Source: an uncultured Lachnospiraceae bacterium
GTDB taxonomy: Bacteria; Bacillota; Clostridia; Lachnospirales; Lachnospiraceae
Reading direction: 5' to 3'
Length of the DNA: 64,000 bases
Assembly: GCA_944383835.1 (NCBI GenBank)
Contig: CALWRE010000158.1
Span: 6,008 to 70,007 of the forward strand
Both the position numbers and the translations under genes were made by a program. Below, one piece after another: positions 43,834-53,765 of the stretch. The notes beneath the pieces were generated by a model. That model was not told the origin of the DNA. It worked only from the letters and a program-made list of their open reading frames with translations, and did no database searches. The stretch's first letter is position 1; every line of letters starts with the position of its first letter.

Positions 43834-45756
43834 TCAACCACGACCTAGTGAAGAGAGGATATCCAGGAAGGAGATATAATCCGTGGCTCCAAGTAGGGCG
43901 GAGGCATTTTTAGGTTCGGAAAAGAGTTTGATTAACAGATCATAGAGTTTCCAGAACGGCTCGCGTTCTGCGGGACGGAAGGCAAGCAAAATCAAGAAAT
44001 TTACGCGATCCTGGCCCCAGGGCATGGGAGTCTTGTTCAGCAGCAGATAAATGGAGCTCTGTTTCACGCAGTCCTCGCACCGATGGGGGAGGGCCAGAGT
44101 GCGGCAAAAGGACGACTCGCCGATTTCCTCCCGGCGCAGGATCCGCCCTTTAAATTCCTCCGTTACGATTCCCTCCCTCTGCCATTCGCCGCAAAGCGAG
44201 GATAAAGCGGCGTCACGGTCGGAAAAGGCATGTCCTATCCGGAAATACTGCGGCGAAAGGTATTGTGTAAAATAGCCATACAGCTGGCGGGAGTAGGATT
44301 CCAGCTTGATTTTGCGGATTTCTTTCCGGATCCGACGGTAATCTTCCGATTTTGGAAAAGGGGCAATCGTGACGACATGGGGGAAATTGTCCGATGGCAC
44401 CACCGAGACGATGAGCTCGGTGCAGCCGGACAGCTGTTCCAGATCCAATGTCTCAATAACCCTGTGCAGAACGATGGCGTTTCCCAGACGCGAAGTCAGT
44501 TCCAGAGACAGATCCGCTGCAATATGGTAATAGCTGGGGCAAACCAGGGTGCAGGGAACCGGATTTTCAAACAGGATCTGCCGGTTCAGGCGCTGGGCCA
44601 GCAGCAGGACAAGAAAGCCAATCTCCGAGGGGTGGGGCTCCGTCTGGAAAAGGCGGGAAAAATCCTCCAATATTCCAAGACAGATATCATAAAGCTTTGG
44701 ATAGGATAACCGCAGGTTGGGATACAGGGGATTGGGGGTATACAGCCGCATTTTTTGACGGACCAGCACGCGCTGAAAGAAGGCGGTGAAAAGCTGCGGG
44801 AAATCCTGTGAAGAATAATCGGCGGGGATATACCGGCCGAGGGCATTTAACGTTTGCAGAGCATAATCTTGAATGGAGGAATCCTGTGGGGATGAAGGCC
44901 CGCCGTTTGCAGCTGTTTCAATGGGTTTGCTGGAGTCTGTTTTCGAGATAAGCAGGGCAGCCAGATATGCAATCTCCCATTCATTATAGGCGATATCACA
45001 GAGAGCGGACAGCAGGCCGGCCAAGGCTTTGGCGGCGGAGAAATCCCTGAATCCGTGAAGCTCCAGCCCGTCCGTTTCGCTTAAGGCCATCGACTGTCCC
45101 GCGTGAATCTGCTGTACCTGCAAGACGACGTGCAGCAGCAGGTCGTACTCCGCATAGCCGTTTGGCAGCAGCCCGTATTGCTCCAGGACGGTATGCAGCG
45201 ATTGGGCGACAGCCAATACGTCGTATTCGGGAAAGCAGCCGGCGATGAAGCGCAGGGAAAGAAATTCCGTTTCCGTAGCCTGCATAATCAAATGGGCGCT
45301 CAGGCGGCGTTTATCGCTTTGGCGGCCTTCCAGCACAAGAGTATCGCGGCTTCGCCTGAGCCGCAGCTGATAGGGCTTAAGCTGGGGCTTTAGCGCCTGA
45401 AAGTCTGCCTCCAGCGTCCGGTCGCTGACAGACAGATGAAGCCCTAATAAGGTCAGGCTGACCTTCCTCCCATACAGGAGCTGGCGCAGGATATAGGAAC
45501 AGCGCTCTTCCGGCGTCTGCGGCAGAGAACGTTCCAGGCTGTAGAACGGCCTCTGGTTTGCACCGGCGGTATTCCAACGGTAGCCTTTCCGGGAGGTTAG
45601 GATCAGGGGAGAGGGGGCGTTTTGATTCACTTCTTTTGCATAGTTTTGGACGGTGCGCGTGGTGGTGTGCAGGTAGCTGGCGATCTCCTGGGTGGAATGC
45701 CATTCATCATTGGATGAAAGGTAGGAGATAAACAGCTGAAGATTATTGTGCTTCAT
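43834..45756 (-). CDS. PRD-containing transcriptional regulator (HTH-PRD-PRD-EIIB-like-EIIA2; LicR/MtlR type)
   Basis: N-terminal HTH (STQEIASYLHTTTRTVQNYAKEV), central PRD-like helices and a C-terminal EIIA-2-like LALPH motif. Divergent from the PTS operon. Confidence 0.8.
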   Translation of the reverse strand: MKHNNLQLFISYLSSNDEWHSTQEIASYLHTTTRTVQNYAKEVNQNAPSPLILTSRKGYRWNTAGANQRPFYSLERSLPQTPEERCSYILRQLLYGRKVSLTLLGLHLSVSDRTLEADFQALKPQLKPYQLRLRRSRDTLVLEGRQSDKRRLSAHLIMQATETEFLSLRFIAGCFPEYDVLAVAQSLHTVLEQYGLLPNGYAEYDLLLHVVLQVQQIHAGQSMALSETDGLELHGFRDFSAAKALAGLLSALCDIAYNEWEIAYLAALLISKTDSSKPIETAANGGPSSPQDSSIQDYALQTLNALGRYIPADYSSQDFPQLFTAFFQRVLVRQKMRLYTPNPLYPNLRLSYPKLYDICLGILEDFSRLFQTEPHPSEIGFLVLLLAQRLNRQILFENPVPCTLVCPSYYHIAADLSLELTSRLGNAIVLHRVIETLDLEQLSGCTELIVSVVPSDNFPHVVTIAPFPKSEDYRRIRKEIRKIKLESYSRQLYGYFTQYLSPQYFRIGHAFSDRDAALSSLCGEWQREGIVTEEFKGRILRREEIGESSFCRTLALPHRCEDCVKQSSIYLLLNKTPMPWGQDRVNFLILLAFRPAEREPFWKLYDLLIKLFSEPKNASALLGATDYISFLDILSSLGRG

Positions 45757-45961
45757 CCAAGGACTCCCTTCGTAAACATTGAAAAAACAATTATAGTATA
45801 GCAGATGATTAGGCAGAATGCACATGGTTTTTTCTGCGTACAGAGAAAAAAGCATGAATTTACACCAAATTTCTTTCCGCCTATAATGAGGATACTAAGC
45901 GATGTACACCGCAGAAACATATTCAAACGTATCAAAATGCATTAGGAGATAGGAGGTATTT

Positions 45962-47356
45962 ATGAGCAAGCAGAGAAAGATTGCGGAAGCGGTGCTGGAG
46001 CTGGTAGGCGGCGCGGAGAACGTGCAGGACGTATTTCACTGCATGACGCGGCTGCGGTTTCGGCTGAAGGATGATTCCGGTATTTCATTGGATCATTTAA
46101 AGAAGGTAGACGGGGTTTTGGGAGCCCAGTTCGCTCAAAATACGCTGCAGGTGATTATCGGCCCGGCGGTCGACGACGTTTACCGGGAATTGATTGAAAT
46201 CAGCGGGCTGAAGCCTACCGTAAAAATTGAGGAGAACCTGGACGGAGAGCTGCCGGCCCGATCCTTTTCCATCAAACAGATACCGGGAAACATCATTAAG
46301 ACCTTTTCCAACTGCATGGAGCCTTTGGTTCCCCTGTTCGTTGCACTGGGCATGTTCAATGTCGTTGCCGCTGTCATAGGACCGACCATATTGAACCTGG
46401 TTTCCAGCGAGTCCGATATATATAATAATTTCTACTATGTGGGCCAGGCCATCATCTATTTCCTGCCGGGATTCGTAGCTATCACGGCCTCCCGCTATTT
46501 TGGAACCAATACCTTTGTTTCGGTTACCCTTGCGGTGCTGATGCTCTATCCGGATCTGGTCACGGCCCTCGCTTCGGAGACGGGGTTCACCATTTATGGA
46601 ATTTCGGCTCCGAATGTGAGCTACAGCGGCCAGCTGATTCCGATTTTGCTGGTGGTCTGGGTGCAGAAGTATGTGGAAAAGCTGCTCAATAAGGTGATAC
46701 CGGACGCCCTGAAGGTTCTCGCCGTCGCTTTCCTTACCATTGCCATCATGCTGCCCCTGCAGTTCTGCCTGCTGGCCCCTCTCGGCTATAATATCGGTTC
46801 CCTGCTGGTCAATGTGGTGCTGTGGCTTTATAATGTGGCGGGCCCGGTGGAGACGATGCTGGTCTGTGCCTTCATCCCTTTCCTTACGGCGCTTGGAATT
46901 GGACGTCCCGTCTTCTTTGCCTGCCTGAATGTCCTCCTGAGCACAGGGGTTGAGTACGCCTATATGCCCATCGCCATGGTTCTAAATAACTTCGTTGTAA
47001 TGGGCATTGCCGCCGGCTATACGATCAAAACAAAGAAGGCGGACAACAAAAAGCTGGGCGGCACCTGTCTGGTGGCAAGCGTTCTGGGCGGCGTATCTGA
47101 GCCGACTCTCTTTGGTATCCTGCTGGCCAATAAAAAGGCTTATCTGCCCACAGTGGTTGGGGGAGCGGCTTCTGGGCTTTATCTGGGTCTGATGCATGTG
47201 GGCTATTACCAGTTCGGCCCCAGCAATATACTTTCTGTCCTGGGCTTTATGGGCGGCGAGGGAAGCGCCAACTTTATCAACGGCTGCATCGCCGCAGCCA
47301 TCGGCTTTGCCGTCACGTTCATCATGATGCTGGCGCTTTTCCGGGATGAGGAATGA
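45962..47356 (+). CDS. PTS EIIBC component (glucoside/sucrose family)
   Basis: EIIB active site FHCMTRLRF, followed by a polytopic EIIC. Confidence 0.9.
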   Translation: MSKQRKIAEAVLELVGGAENVQDVFHCMTRLRFRLKDDSGISLDHLKKVDGVLGAQFAQNTLQVIIGPAVDDVYRELIEISGLKPTVKIEENLDGELPARSFSIKQIPGNIIKTFSNCMEPLVPLFVALGMFNVVAAVIGPTILNLVSSESDIYNNFYYVGQAIIYFLPGFVAITASRYFGTNTFVSVTLAVLMLYPDLVTALASETGFTIYGISAPNVSYSGQLIPILLVVWVQKYVEKLLNKVIPDALKVLAVAFLTIAIMLPLQFCLLAPLGYNIGSLLVNVVLWLYNVAGPVETMLVCAFIPFLTALGIGRPVFFACLNVLLSTGVEYAYMPIAMVLNNFVVMGIAAGYTIKTKKADNKKLGGTCLVASVLGGVSEPTLFGILLANKKAYLPTVVGGAASGLYLGLMHVGYYQFGPSNILSVLGFMGGEGSANFINGCIAAAIGFAVTFIMMLALFRDEE

Positions 47357-47466
47357 AAACGCACAGCAAAAAAAGCAGGATTTTGCCTGCCAAATAAGCC
47401 TGACATATGGGCCTGTTTATCAATAAGTTTAGATAAGTTTATCAAATATTGAAGGGAGAAACAGTT

Positions 47467-48891
47467 ATGAACAGCAAAAAAATGATTCTTGCAAATATTG
47501 GTTCCGGTTCATCTTACCTGCCGGATATTGTCGAGATGCTGATTGAGCGCAAGGAAACAATGCAGGTGGCGGAATGGAGGCTGATGGATATCGATGCGTA
47601 TCGGCTTAACTGCACCGGGAAATATGTGCAGAAGATGTTCGCCGACGCCGGGATGTCCACGAAGGTTACGCTGACGCTGGATCTGGAGGAGGCTGTGAAG
47701 GACTGCGATTTCGTCATTACCACCATCCGCCCCGGCATGTCCGACGGCCGCAATTTGGACGAGACAATCCCGTTCAAGCATGGGCTGATCGGCCAGGAGA
47801 CGACGGCTCCCGGCGGCATGATCATGGGCTTTAAGACCATTCCCGCCATGCTGGAGATTGCCCATGCGATCAAGCGGGCGGCGAAGCCGAGCTGCTATCT
47901 GATCAACCTGGCCAACCCCTCCGGCATGATCGGCGAGGCGCTGGAACGGCACAGCGATATCCATTACGCCTGCCTCTGCAACGGCCCGACCGTTATCCGC
48001 AAGGCGATGCAGGCTATTTACGGCCAGGAGGATCCGAACGACGTCTTTGTCCAGGTTACCGGTTTGAACCATTTGATCTGGTGCAAGGTGTTTGTGAAGG
48101 GGGAGGACGTGACGGACGACGCCTTTGAAAAGCTTTTGGACTGGTCCGCCGACAATATCCCCGCCCTGCGCCGTGAGTTCGTCGAGCCTGCCCTGGAAAG
48201 ATTCATCGGCTATATCCCCATGGGCCCTTACCTTGAATTCTATTATGACTTTGATACCAACTTCAATGACCTCCAGAACTATTCGGGCAACCACTGGGAG
48301 TCGATGCTGGAGCATGTGCGCAAGCACGTCGGCGACGTGTGCGACGACCTGGTTATGCCGGAGAATGCAACCCGCGCCGAGTGCGTCAAGATAATTGAAA
48401 AGCGTACCTTTGAGCTGTATGAGAAGCTTGATCCCAGGGCTTACCAGCTGGCCTGCAATACCCGCGGCGGCAAGGGCTACGGCGAAGCGGGAATCACCCT
48501 GATTAACGCCCTGTGGAACAACACCAATGAAGTGTTCAGCCCCGATGTGGCGAGCATGGGCTGCATCCAGGAATTTGACCCGCGCTGCGTCTGCACGACG
48601 ACCTCCCTGGTTAATGCCTCCGGCATTCATCCCATCTGCTTCCCGAAGCTGCCGGGACATATGATGGCTAAAATCTATGCGGCCAAGGAATATGAGAAGC
48701 TGGCGGTGGAGGCTGCGGTGACCGGCAGTTATCATGCGGCTTTGGAGGCTCTGGTCTGCAACCCTTTGGTCAACAGCTACTATAAGGCGAAGGGCGCTTT
48801 AAATGAGCTGCTGGTGGCGGAAAAGGAATGGCTGCCCCAATTCGCTGAGGCGATTGACGCCCTGGAGAAAGGGGAGGAACCGAAAAACTGA
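47467..48891 (+). CDS. GH4-family 6-phospho-glycosidase (NAD+/Mn2+-dependent)
   Basis: N-terminal dinucleotide fold ANIGSGSSYLPDIV. GH4-typical NLANPSGM and CLCNGP segments. Confidence 0.85.
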   Translation: MNSKKMILANIGSGSSYLPDIVEMLIERKETMQVAEWRLMDIDAYRLNCTGKYVQKMFADAGMSTKVTLTLDLEEAVKDCDFVITTIRPGMSDGRNLDETIPFKHGLIGQETTAPGGMIMGFKTIPAMLEIAHAIKRAAKPSCYLINLANPSGMIGEALERHSDIHYACLCNGPTVIRKAMQAIYGQEDPNDVFVQVTGLNHLIWCKVFVKGEDVTDDAFEKLLDWSADNIPALRREFVEPALERFIGYIPMGPYLEFYYDFDTNFNDLQNYSGNHWESMLEHVRKHVGDVCDDLVMPENATRAECVKIIEKRTFELYEKLDPRAYQLACNTRGGKGYGEAGITLINALWNNTNEVFSPDVASMGCIQEFDPRCVCTTTSLVNASGIHPICFPKLPGHMMAKIYAAKEYEKLAVEAAVTGSYHAALEALVCNPLVNSYYKAKGALNELLVAEKEWLPQFAEAIDALEKGEEPKN

Positions 48892-49766
48892 TGGACGGCC
48901 AGAGGATTGCGGATATTCACCACCATGTCTTTCCGCCTGAGAGGCCGGTGCACCGCTGGGATATCGATACGGACTGGCGGGATATGCAGGACTGCGGCGT
49001 GACGGATGTTATTCTCTCCTGCCCCCTGGAGACGGATCATGCGTTTGCCCATCAGATGAATCTCTTCCTATCCCGCCAGGTATCGGAGAATCCGCGGCAT
49101 TATCGGATGCTGGGGGCCCTGGCTTATGACGATGTGCCGGCAGCCCTGGAGGAAATCGCTTTTGTGATGGATGAGCTTCATGCCGCAGGCTTTGGCATCA
49201 ATACGCACAATGGGGCCGTTTACATGGGAAATGACAGCCTGAACCCGATTTTTGAAGAGCTGAACCGACGCGGGGCTGTGGTTTTCCTCCATCCCTGCCA
49301 TCAGCGTGCGCCCGGCAACGAAAAAATATTGTTTACCGGAAATGACTCGGTCTATGAATATACCTTCGATACCACCCGTGCGGTAATGGATTTTGTCTTC
49401 CAGGACAAGGTGAAACGCTGGCCCCGGATTCGTTGGATCCTGGCTCATGCGGGCGGAACCATCCCGTTCCTGGCCCATCGGATGGCGATATCCGGACGCT
49501 GGGGATGCATCCGGCAGGATGAAGAGGAAATTCTGCGTGCATTAAAGTCCTTTTATTATGACCTTACCCTGAATGCGGCGGAGGAAAATTACCGGTTCAT
49601 GAAGCAGTTTGCAGGGGCGGATCATCTTTTGTTTGGGAGCGACTATCCTTCGTGTGACAAGACAATCCTTGCGGACAGCCTGCGTGCGCTGCAGGAGACG
49701 GAGGCGTTTACACCGGAGGAAAAATGGCAGATTCTGTATGGAACGGCCAGCCAGCTCCTAGGTTGA
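48891..49766 (+). CDS. Amidohydrolase_2-family metal-dependent hydrolase/decarboxylase
   Basis: N-terminal DIHHH metal motif, an internal HP.H, and C-terminal FGSDYP. The start overlaps the GH4 stop. Confidence 0.8.
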   Translation: MDGQRIADIHHHVFPPERPVHRWDIDTDWRDMQDCGVTDVILSCPLETDHAFAHQMNLFLSRQVSENPRHYRMLGALAYDDVPAALEEIAFVMDELHAAGFGINTHNGAVYMGNDSLNPIFEELNRRGAVVFLHPCHQRAPGNEKILFTGNDSVYEYTFDTTRAVMDFVFQDKVKRWPRIRWILAHAGGTIPFLAHRMAISGRWGCIRQDEEEILRALKSFYYDLTLNAAEENYRFMKQFAGADHLLFGSDYPSCDKTILADSLRALQETEAFTPEEKWQILYGTASQLLG

Positions 49767-49884
49767 GCATAGAAGGACGCGGTACCAAAGTCATGGCCTG
49801 GAAAGCTGCGGCAAAAACGACTATAAAAAACAGGAATTCGGCATTAAAAAGTCGTAAAAATCAGGAAAAATTTCCAAGAAATTC

Positions 49885-49952
49885 TTGACATTTTTTCTTG
49901 AGACTGTTAGAATGTAGACAAGAGGCAAGGATGGTTCTCCTTGCCTCTTTTG
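49885..49952 (+). promoter_or_regulatory. Consensus-like promoter followed immediately by a 5' stem-loop
   Basis: TTGACA (49885-49890), 17 nt, TAGAAT (49908-49913). An 11-bp stem AGAGGCAAGGA / TCCTTGCCTCT (49921-49948) plus TTTG follows. Confidence 0.55.
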
Positions 49953-50043
49953 CTCCACAGGGAATGTCATAAAACCTGTTAATCTCATACCTGCGGCCGA
50001 TCACACCGTGGGCATGTCCCACCTAAGATGAGGGGGAGAAGCT

Positions 50044-50301
50044 ATGAAAAAAATGCGAATCAAATTTACGTCATGTGAGCAGGTGCTACAGTTTATTGAC
50101 TGCGTCCAGGGGCTGCCGGGAGAGTATGATTTGGTGGAGGGAAAAAACGATATTGATGCGAAATCGATGCTGGGCGTTTTTTCGCTGGACTTTTCCAAGG
50201 CGCTGACCCTGGTAGTGTACGACGACGAAGAGTATCCATGGGTCATGGACAAGCTGGCTGCATTTGAGTTCAAGGCTCCGGTTTTTCAGCAGATCGGATA
50301 G
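50044..50301 (+). CDS. HPr-like protein lacking the His15 phosphorylation loop
   Basis: GGGGGAG RBS. The segment DAKSMLGVFSL aligns with the HPr Ser46 region (LKSIMGVMSL). The GIHARPA loop is absent. Confidence 0.5.
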   Translation: MKKMRIKFTSCEQVLQFIDCVQGLPGEYDLVEGKNDIDAKSMLGVFSLDFSKALTLVVYDDEEYPWVMDKLAAFEFKAPVFQQIG

Positions 50302-50349
50302 GCGGACAGCCTCATAACGGGGAACAAAATCAAAAGATACGCATAAGAG

Positions 50350-50387
50350 GGATACACCCGAACAGAAAAGCGGGTGTATCCTTTTTA
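50350..50387 (+). terminator. Intrinsic terminator
   Basis: 11-bp stem GGATACACCCG / CGGGTGTATCC followed by T5. Confidence 0.8.
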
Positions 50388-50531
50388 TATAAGGTTATAT
50401 AAGCCGCTGCGTCAGTTCGGTTGTCTTTTTCCTTAGTATGATGTATAATGAATATAACAAAGCGGCAGACAGATATAAATTAAAATCAAGAGGGGGGATA
50501 TAGCCGAAATGGAGAATGGAGGCATGAATAT

Positions 50532-50708
50532 ATGACTTTATTAATGCGTGATCAGGAAAATCTGGAAAAAGGCAGAGCAGAAGGCCGTGCTCTGGAAAAG
50601 AAAAAAATTATATTAAATATGCTCCAGGAGGGTTTTGACACAGCACGGATTATGCTGCTTGCAGATGCCACGGAGGAGGAAATCGAAAGCTGCAGAGCAA
50701 ATATGTAA
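50532..50708 (+). CDS. Small ORF (58 aa), helical, resembles the C-terminal tail of Rpn/PD-(D/E)XK transposase-like proteins
   Basis: Not in the ORF track because it is under 60 aa. GGAGAATGGAGG RBS. Sequence MTLLMRDQENLEKGRAEGRALEKKKIILNMLQEGFDTARIMLLADATEEEIESCRANM. Confidence 0.35.
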   Translation: MTLLMRDQENLEKGRAEGRALEKKKIILNMLQEGFDTARIMLLADATEEEIESCRANM

Positions 50709-50784
50709 GATACCAGGGTCAAAACAACTTTTGCCCCTGACATCATATGTGAGCAGGTAAAAATATACGGGAGGACAACAGAAA

Positions 50785-51984
50785 ATGAACCATACGGAAG
50801 AGATCCTGTACCGCGACAGGAAAGGGACGGACTGCAATAAATGGGATAGCCTGGAGGATCGGTTCGGGGCGTTCGATTTGATTCCGCTGTGGGTGGCGGA
50901 TATGGACTTTGAGGCGCCGGCCTGCGTGCGGGAGGCCCTGGCGGCCTGTGGACAGAACGGTTTATTCGGCTATTACCGGGTGCCGGAACGGTACTTCCAG
51001 GCCTTTATCTCCTGGGAGAAGAAATATCACGGCTATGAGGTACGCCGGGAGTGGCTGCGCTACTCCCCCGGCGTGGTTGCCGCCCTCAACTGGCTGGTGC
51101 AGATCCTGACCCAGCCCGGCGACGGGGTAGGCGTAATGACGCCGGTATACTATCCTTTTATGAACGCGGTGAACGACAATGGGCGGACGCTGGTTGACTG
51201 TCCGCTGCTGGAGGAAAAGGGGATCTACCGGATGGATATGGAGCGTTTTGAGAAGCTGGCTGCCGAAGGGCGGATGAAGCTCTTTATTCTGTGCTCCCCG
51301 CACAATCCGGTGGGGCGGGTCTGGACGGAGGAAGAACTTCGCGGGCTGTTGGACTGCTGCCGGAAATATGGGATTTATGTGCTGGCGGATGAAATTCATC
51401 ATGATTTGATCGTGGGAGACAAGCCCCATACGGCTGCGGCAGCGGCCGGAGATTACAGCGATATGCTGGTGACGGTGACGGCGGCCAGCAAGACCTTCAA
51501 TCTGGCAGCGCTGAAAAACTCCGTGGTGGTGATTCCCGATGCTAAGGTACGGGAAAAATGGGACGCCTTTACCGGACGGCTCCATGTGACGGACGGGGGA
51601 ATGATGGGCTACGTGGCAGTGGCCGCCGCCTATGAGGGCGGGCGGGACTGGCTCGATGGCGTCCTTTCGATTGTGAAAGCAAACGCCGACTGCCTGCGGG
51701 GGATTCTGGCAGAGGGTCTGCCGGAGGCAGTTATGTCCCCTCTGGAGGGAACCTATCTGGCCTGGGTTAATCTGGCGGCATATGTAAAGCCTGAGGATAT
51801 GAAGCAGGTGGTGCAGGATGAGGCGAAGCTTGCGGTGGACTATGGAGATTGGTTTGGCGGGGCAGATTACGCCTCCTTCATTCGCATCAACCTGGCCACC
51901 AGCGAAGAGAACATCCGCCGGGCCGGGCAGCAGCTGTGCCGGGCCGTAGAGAAATACCGGAAAGCGCAGGAGCAGAAGCAATGA
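50785..51984 (+). CDS. PLP-dependent C-S lyase / aminotransferase class I-II (PatB/MalY-like)
   Basis: The N-terminus DRKGTDCNKWD and the later ADEIHHDL and SKTFNLA (PLP lysine) segments are typical of MalY/PatB. Confidence 0.9.
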   Translation: MNHTEEILYRDRKGTDCNKWDSLEDRFGAFDLIPLWVADMDFEAPACVREALAACGQNGLFGYYRVPERYFQAFISWEKKYHGYEVRREWLRYSPGVVAALNWLVQILTQPGDGVGVMTPVYYPFMNAVNDNGRTLVDCPLLEEKGIYRMDMERFEKLAAEGRMKLFILCSPHNPVGRVWTEEELRGLLDCCRKYGIYVLADEIHHDLIVGDKPHTAAAAAGDYSDMLVTVTAASKTFNLAALKNSVVVIPDAKVREKWDAFTGRLHVTDGGMMGYVAVAAAYEGGRDWLDGVLSIVKANADCLRGILAEGLPEAVMSPLEGTYLAWVNLAAYVKPEDMKQVVQDEAKLAVDYGDWFGGADYASFIRINLATSEENIRRAGQQLCRAVEKYRKAQEQKQ

Positions 51985-53759
51985 AATTTTTGCTGACAGC
52001 TGTGGGGAGCAAGTTCATTCACAGCAATCTGGCTGTCAGAAGCCTGCAGGCCTATGCCAAAAAGAACGGCAGAGGCGGGCAGGTGGAGACGGCGGAATAT
52101 ACGATCAATCAAAATACGGGAGACATTCTGGCGGATATTTACAGACGCCGTCCGGACGCGGTGGGATTTTCCTGTTATATCTGGAATATCCACACCGTGC
52201 GGACGCTGGCGGCGGACCTGCATCGTCTGCTGCCGGATGTGGATCTGTGGCTGGGAGGGCCGGAGGCCTCCTATGACGGGGAAGGGCTCCTTGGGGCCCT
52301 TCCTTTTGTGCGGGGCGTTATGGTAGGGGAGGGGGAGGAAACGTTTCTCCGCCTGCTTGGCTGTTATGATGAGGGGGAGAGGTTCGCAGAAAGGCTGGCG
52401 GCGACGCCGGGCCTGCTGTTTCGGGACCCCAGGGACGGGGAACTTCGCCGGACAGGAAAGATGCCTGCCCTGAATCTCTCCGACCTTCCCTTTGTGTATG
52501 AGAGGGAAGAGGGGGAGGAGGAAAACAAAATTCTGTATTATGAGAGCAGCAGGGGCTGCCCTTTCTCCTGCAGCTATTGCCTGTCGTCCCTGGACAAGAC
52601 GCTTCGGTTCCGGGACTGGGAGCTGGTGCGCCGTGATTTGGATACATTTCTTGCGCGGAGGGTCCGGCAGGTGAAATTTGTGGACCGTACGTTTAATGCA
52701 AGCCATGCCCATACAAAGCGGATCTGGAGTTATCTGGCCAGCCGTGACAACGGAGTAACCAATTTTCACTTCGAGGTATCGGCGGATCTGCTCGACGAGG
52801 AGGAACTTTCCATCCTGGGTCAGATGCGCCCAGGCTTCGTACAGCTGGAAATCGGCGTGCAGTCGGTAAACCCGGAGACGCTGAAAGTCATCCGCAGAAG
52901 AACGGACCTCCCTAAGCTTGCTGAAAATGTGAAGAAGATCGCCGCCGGAAGAAACGTTCATATCCATCTGGATTTAATTGCCGGCCTTCCCTGGGAGGAT
53001 TATCCGAGTTTCGGCCGTTCTTTTGACTGGGTATACGCCCTGGGGCCGGAACAGCTGCAGCTGGGATTCTTAAAGGTACTGGCGGGCTCGGCCATGCAGC
53101 GGGAGGCAAAAGAGTATGGCCTTATCTGGGGAAGCGAGCCTCCCTACGAGGTGCTGCAGACCGGCTGGCTTTCTTACGAAGAAATCTGCCGCCTCAAACA
53201 GATTGAAAAGGTGCTGGAAATATATTATAACAGCGGGCAGTTTCCCATGGCCATGGAAAGGCTCGCCGGATACTTTTCCTCTCCCTTTAAACTCTACGAA
53301 GAGCTGGCCGATTTTTATGACAGGGAGGGCTTGTTTCGGCGAAGCTTAAGCCGGACGCAGCGCTTCGAGGCCCTGTGGAAGTTTCTTTCGGCCCAGCCGG
53401 AGCGGTTCGGGCTGCAAAAGACTGCCTGGCGGGAGATTCTGACATATGATTATTATCTGCGGGAAAACGCCAAGGTTCGGCCGGCGTTTGCACCGGACGA
53501 CAGCTGGTACCGCCGGGATATGGGGGACTGGTACGTAAAGGCCCTGGAGGAAGGGAAAATTTTCGCCGATTACACGGGCTGCAGCTACCGCCAGCTCCTG
53601 CATACGACCCATGCCGAGGTAATTTCCGAGGATTTTTCACAGAATGGACAAAAAAACCTGATACTATTTGACTACAATAAGCGAAGTGCGCTTACCGGCA
53701 ATGCGTCGGTTCGCCGTTTTCCGTTCCCGTACAGGGACGAAACAGAGAAAGGAGAGTAG
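51981..53759 (+). CDS. B12-binding-domain radical SAM protein (DUF4080-type C-terminus)
   Basis: ATGA overlap with the upstream gene. It has an N-terminal B12-binding-like domain and the radical SAM cluster motif CPFSCSYC. Confidence 0.85.
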   Translation: MKFLLTAVGSKFIHSNLAVRSLQAYAKKNGRGGQVETAEYTINQNTGDILADIYRRRPDAVGFSCYIWNIHTVRTLAADLHRLLPDVDLWLGGPEASYDGEGLLGALPFVRGVMVGEGEETFLRLLGCYDEGERFAERLAATPGLLFRDPRDGELRRTGKMPALNLSDLPFVYEREEGEEENKILYYESSRGCPFSCSYCLSSLDKTLRFRDWELVRRDLDTFLARRVRQVKFVDRTFNASHAHTKRIWSYLASRDNGVTNFHFEVSADLLDEEELSILGQMRPGFVQLEIGVQSVNPETLKVIRRRTDLPKLAENVKKIAAGRNVHIHLDLIAGLPWEDYPSFGRSFDWVYALGPEQLQLGFLKVLAGSAMQREAKEYGLIWGSEPPYEVLQTGWLSYEEICRLKQIEKVLEIYYNSGQFPMAMERLAGYFSSPFKLYEELADFYDREGLFRRSLSRTQRFEALWKFLSAQPERFGLQKTAWREILTYDYYLRENAKVRPAFAPDDSWYRRDMGDWYVKALEEGKIFADYTGCSYRQLLHTTHAEVISEDFSQNGQKNLILFDYNKRSALTGNASVRRFPFPYRDETEKGE

Positions 53760-53765
53760 CCGCCA

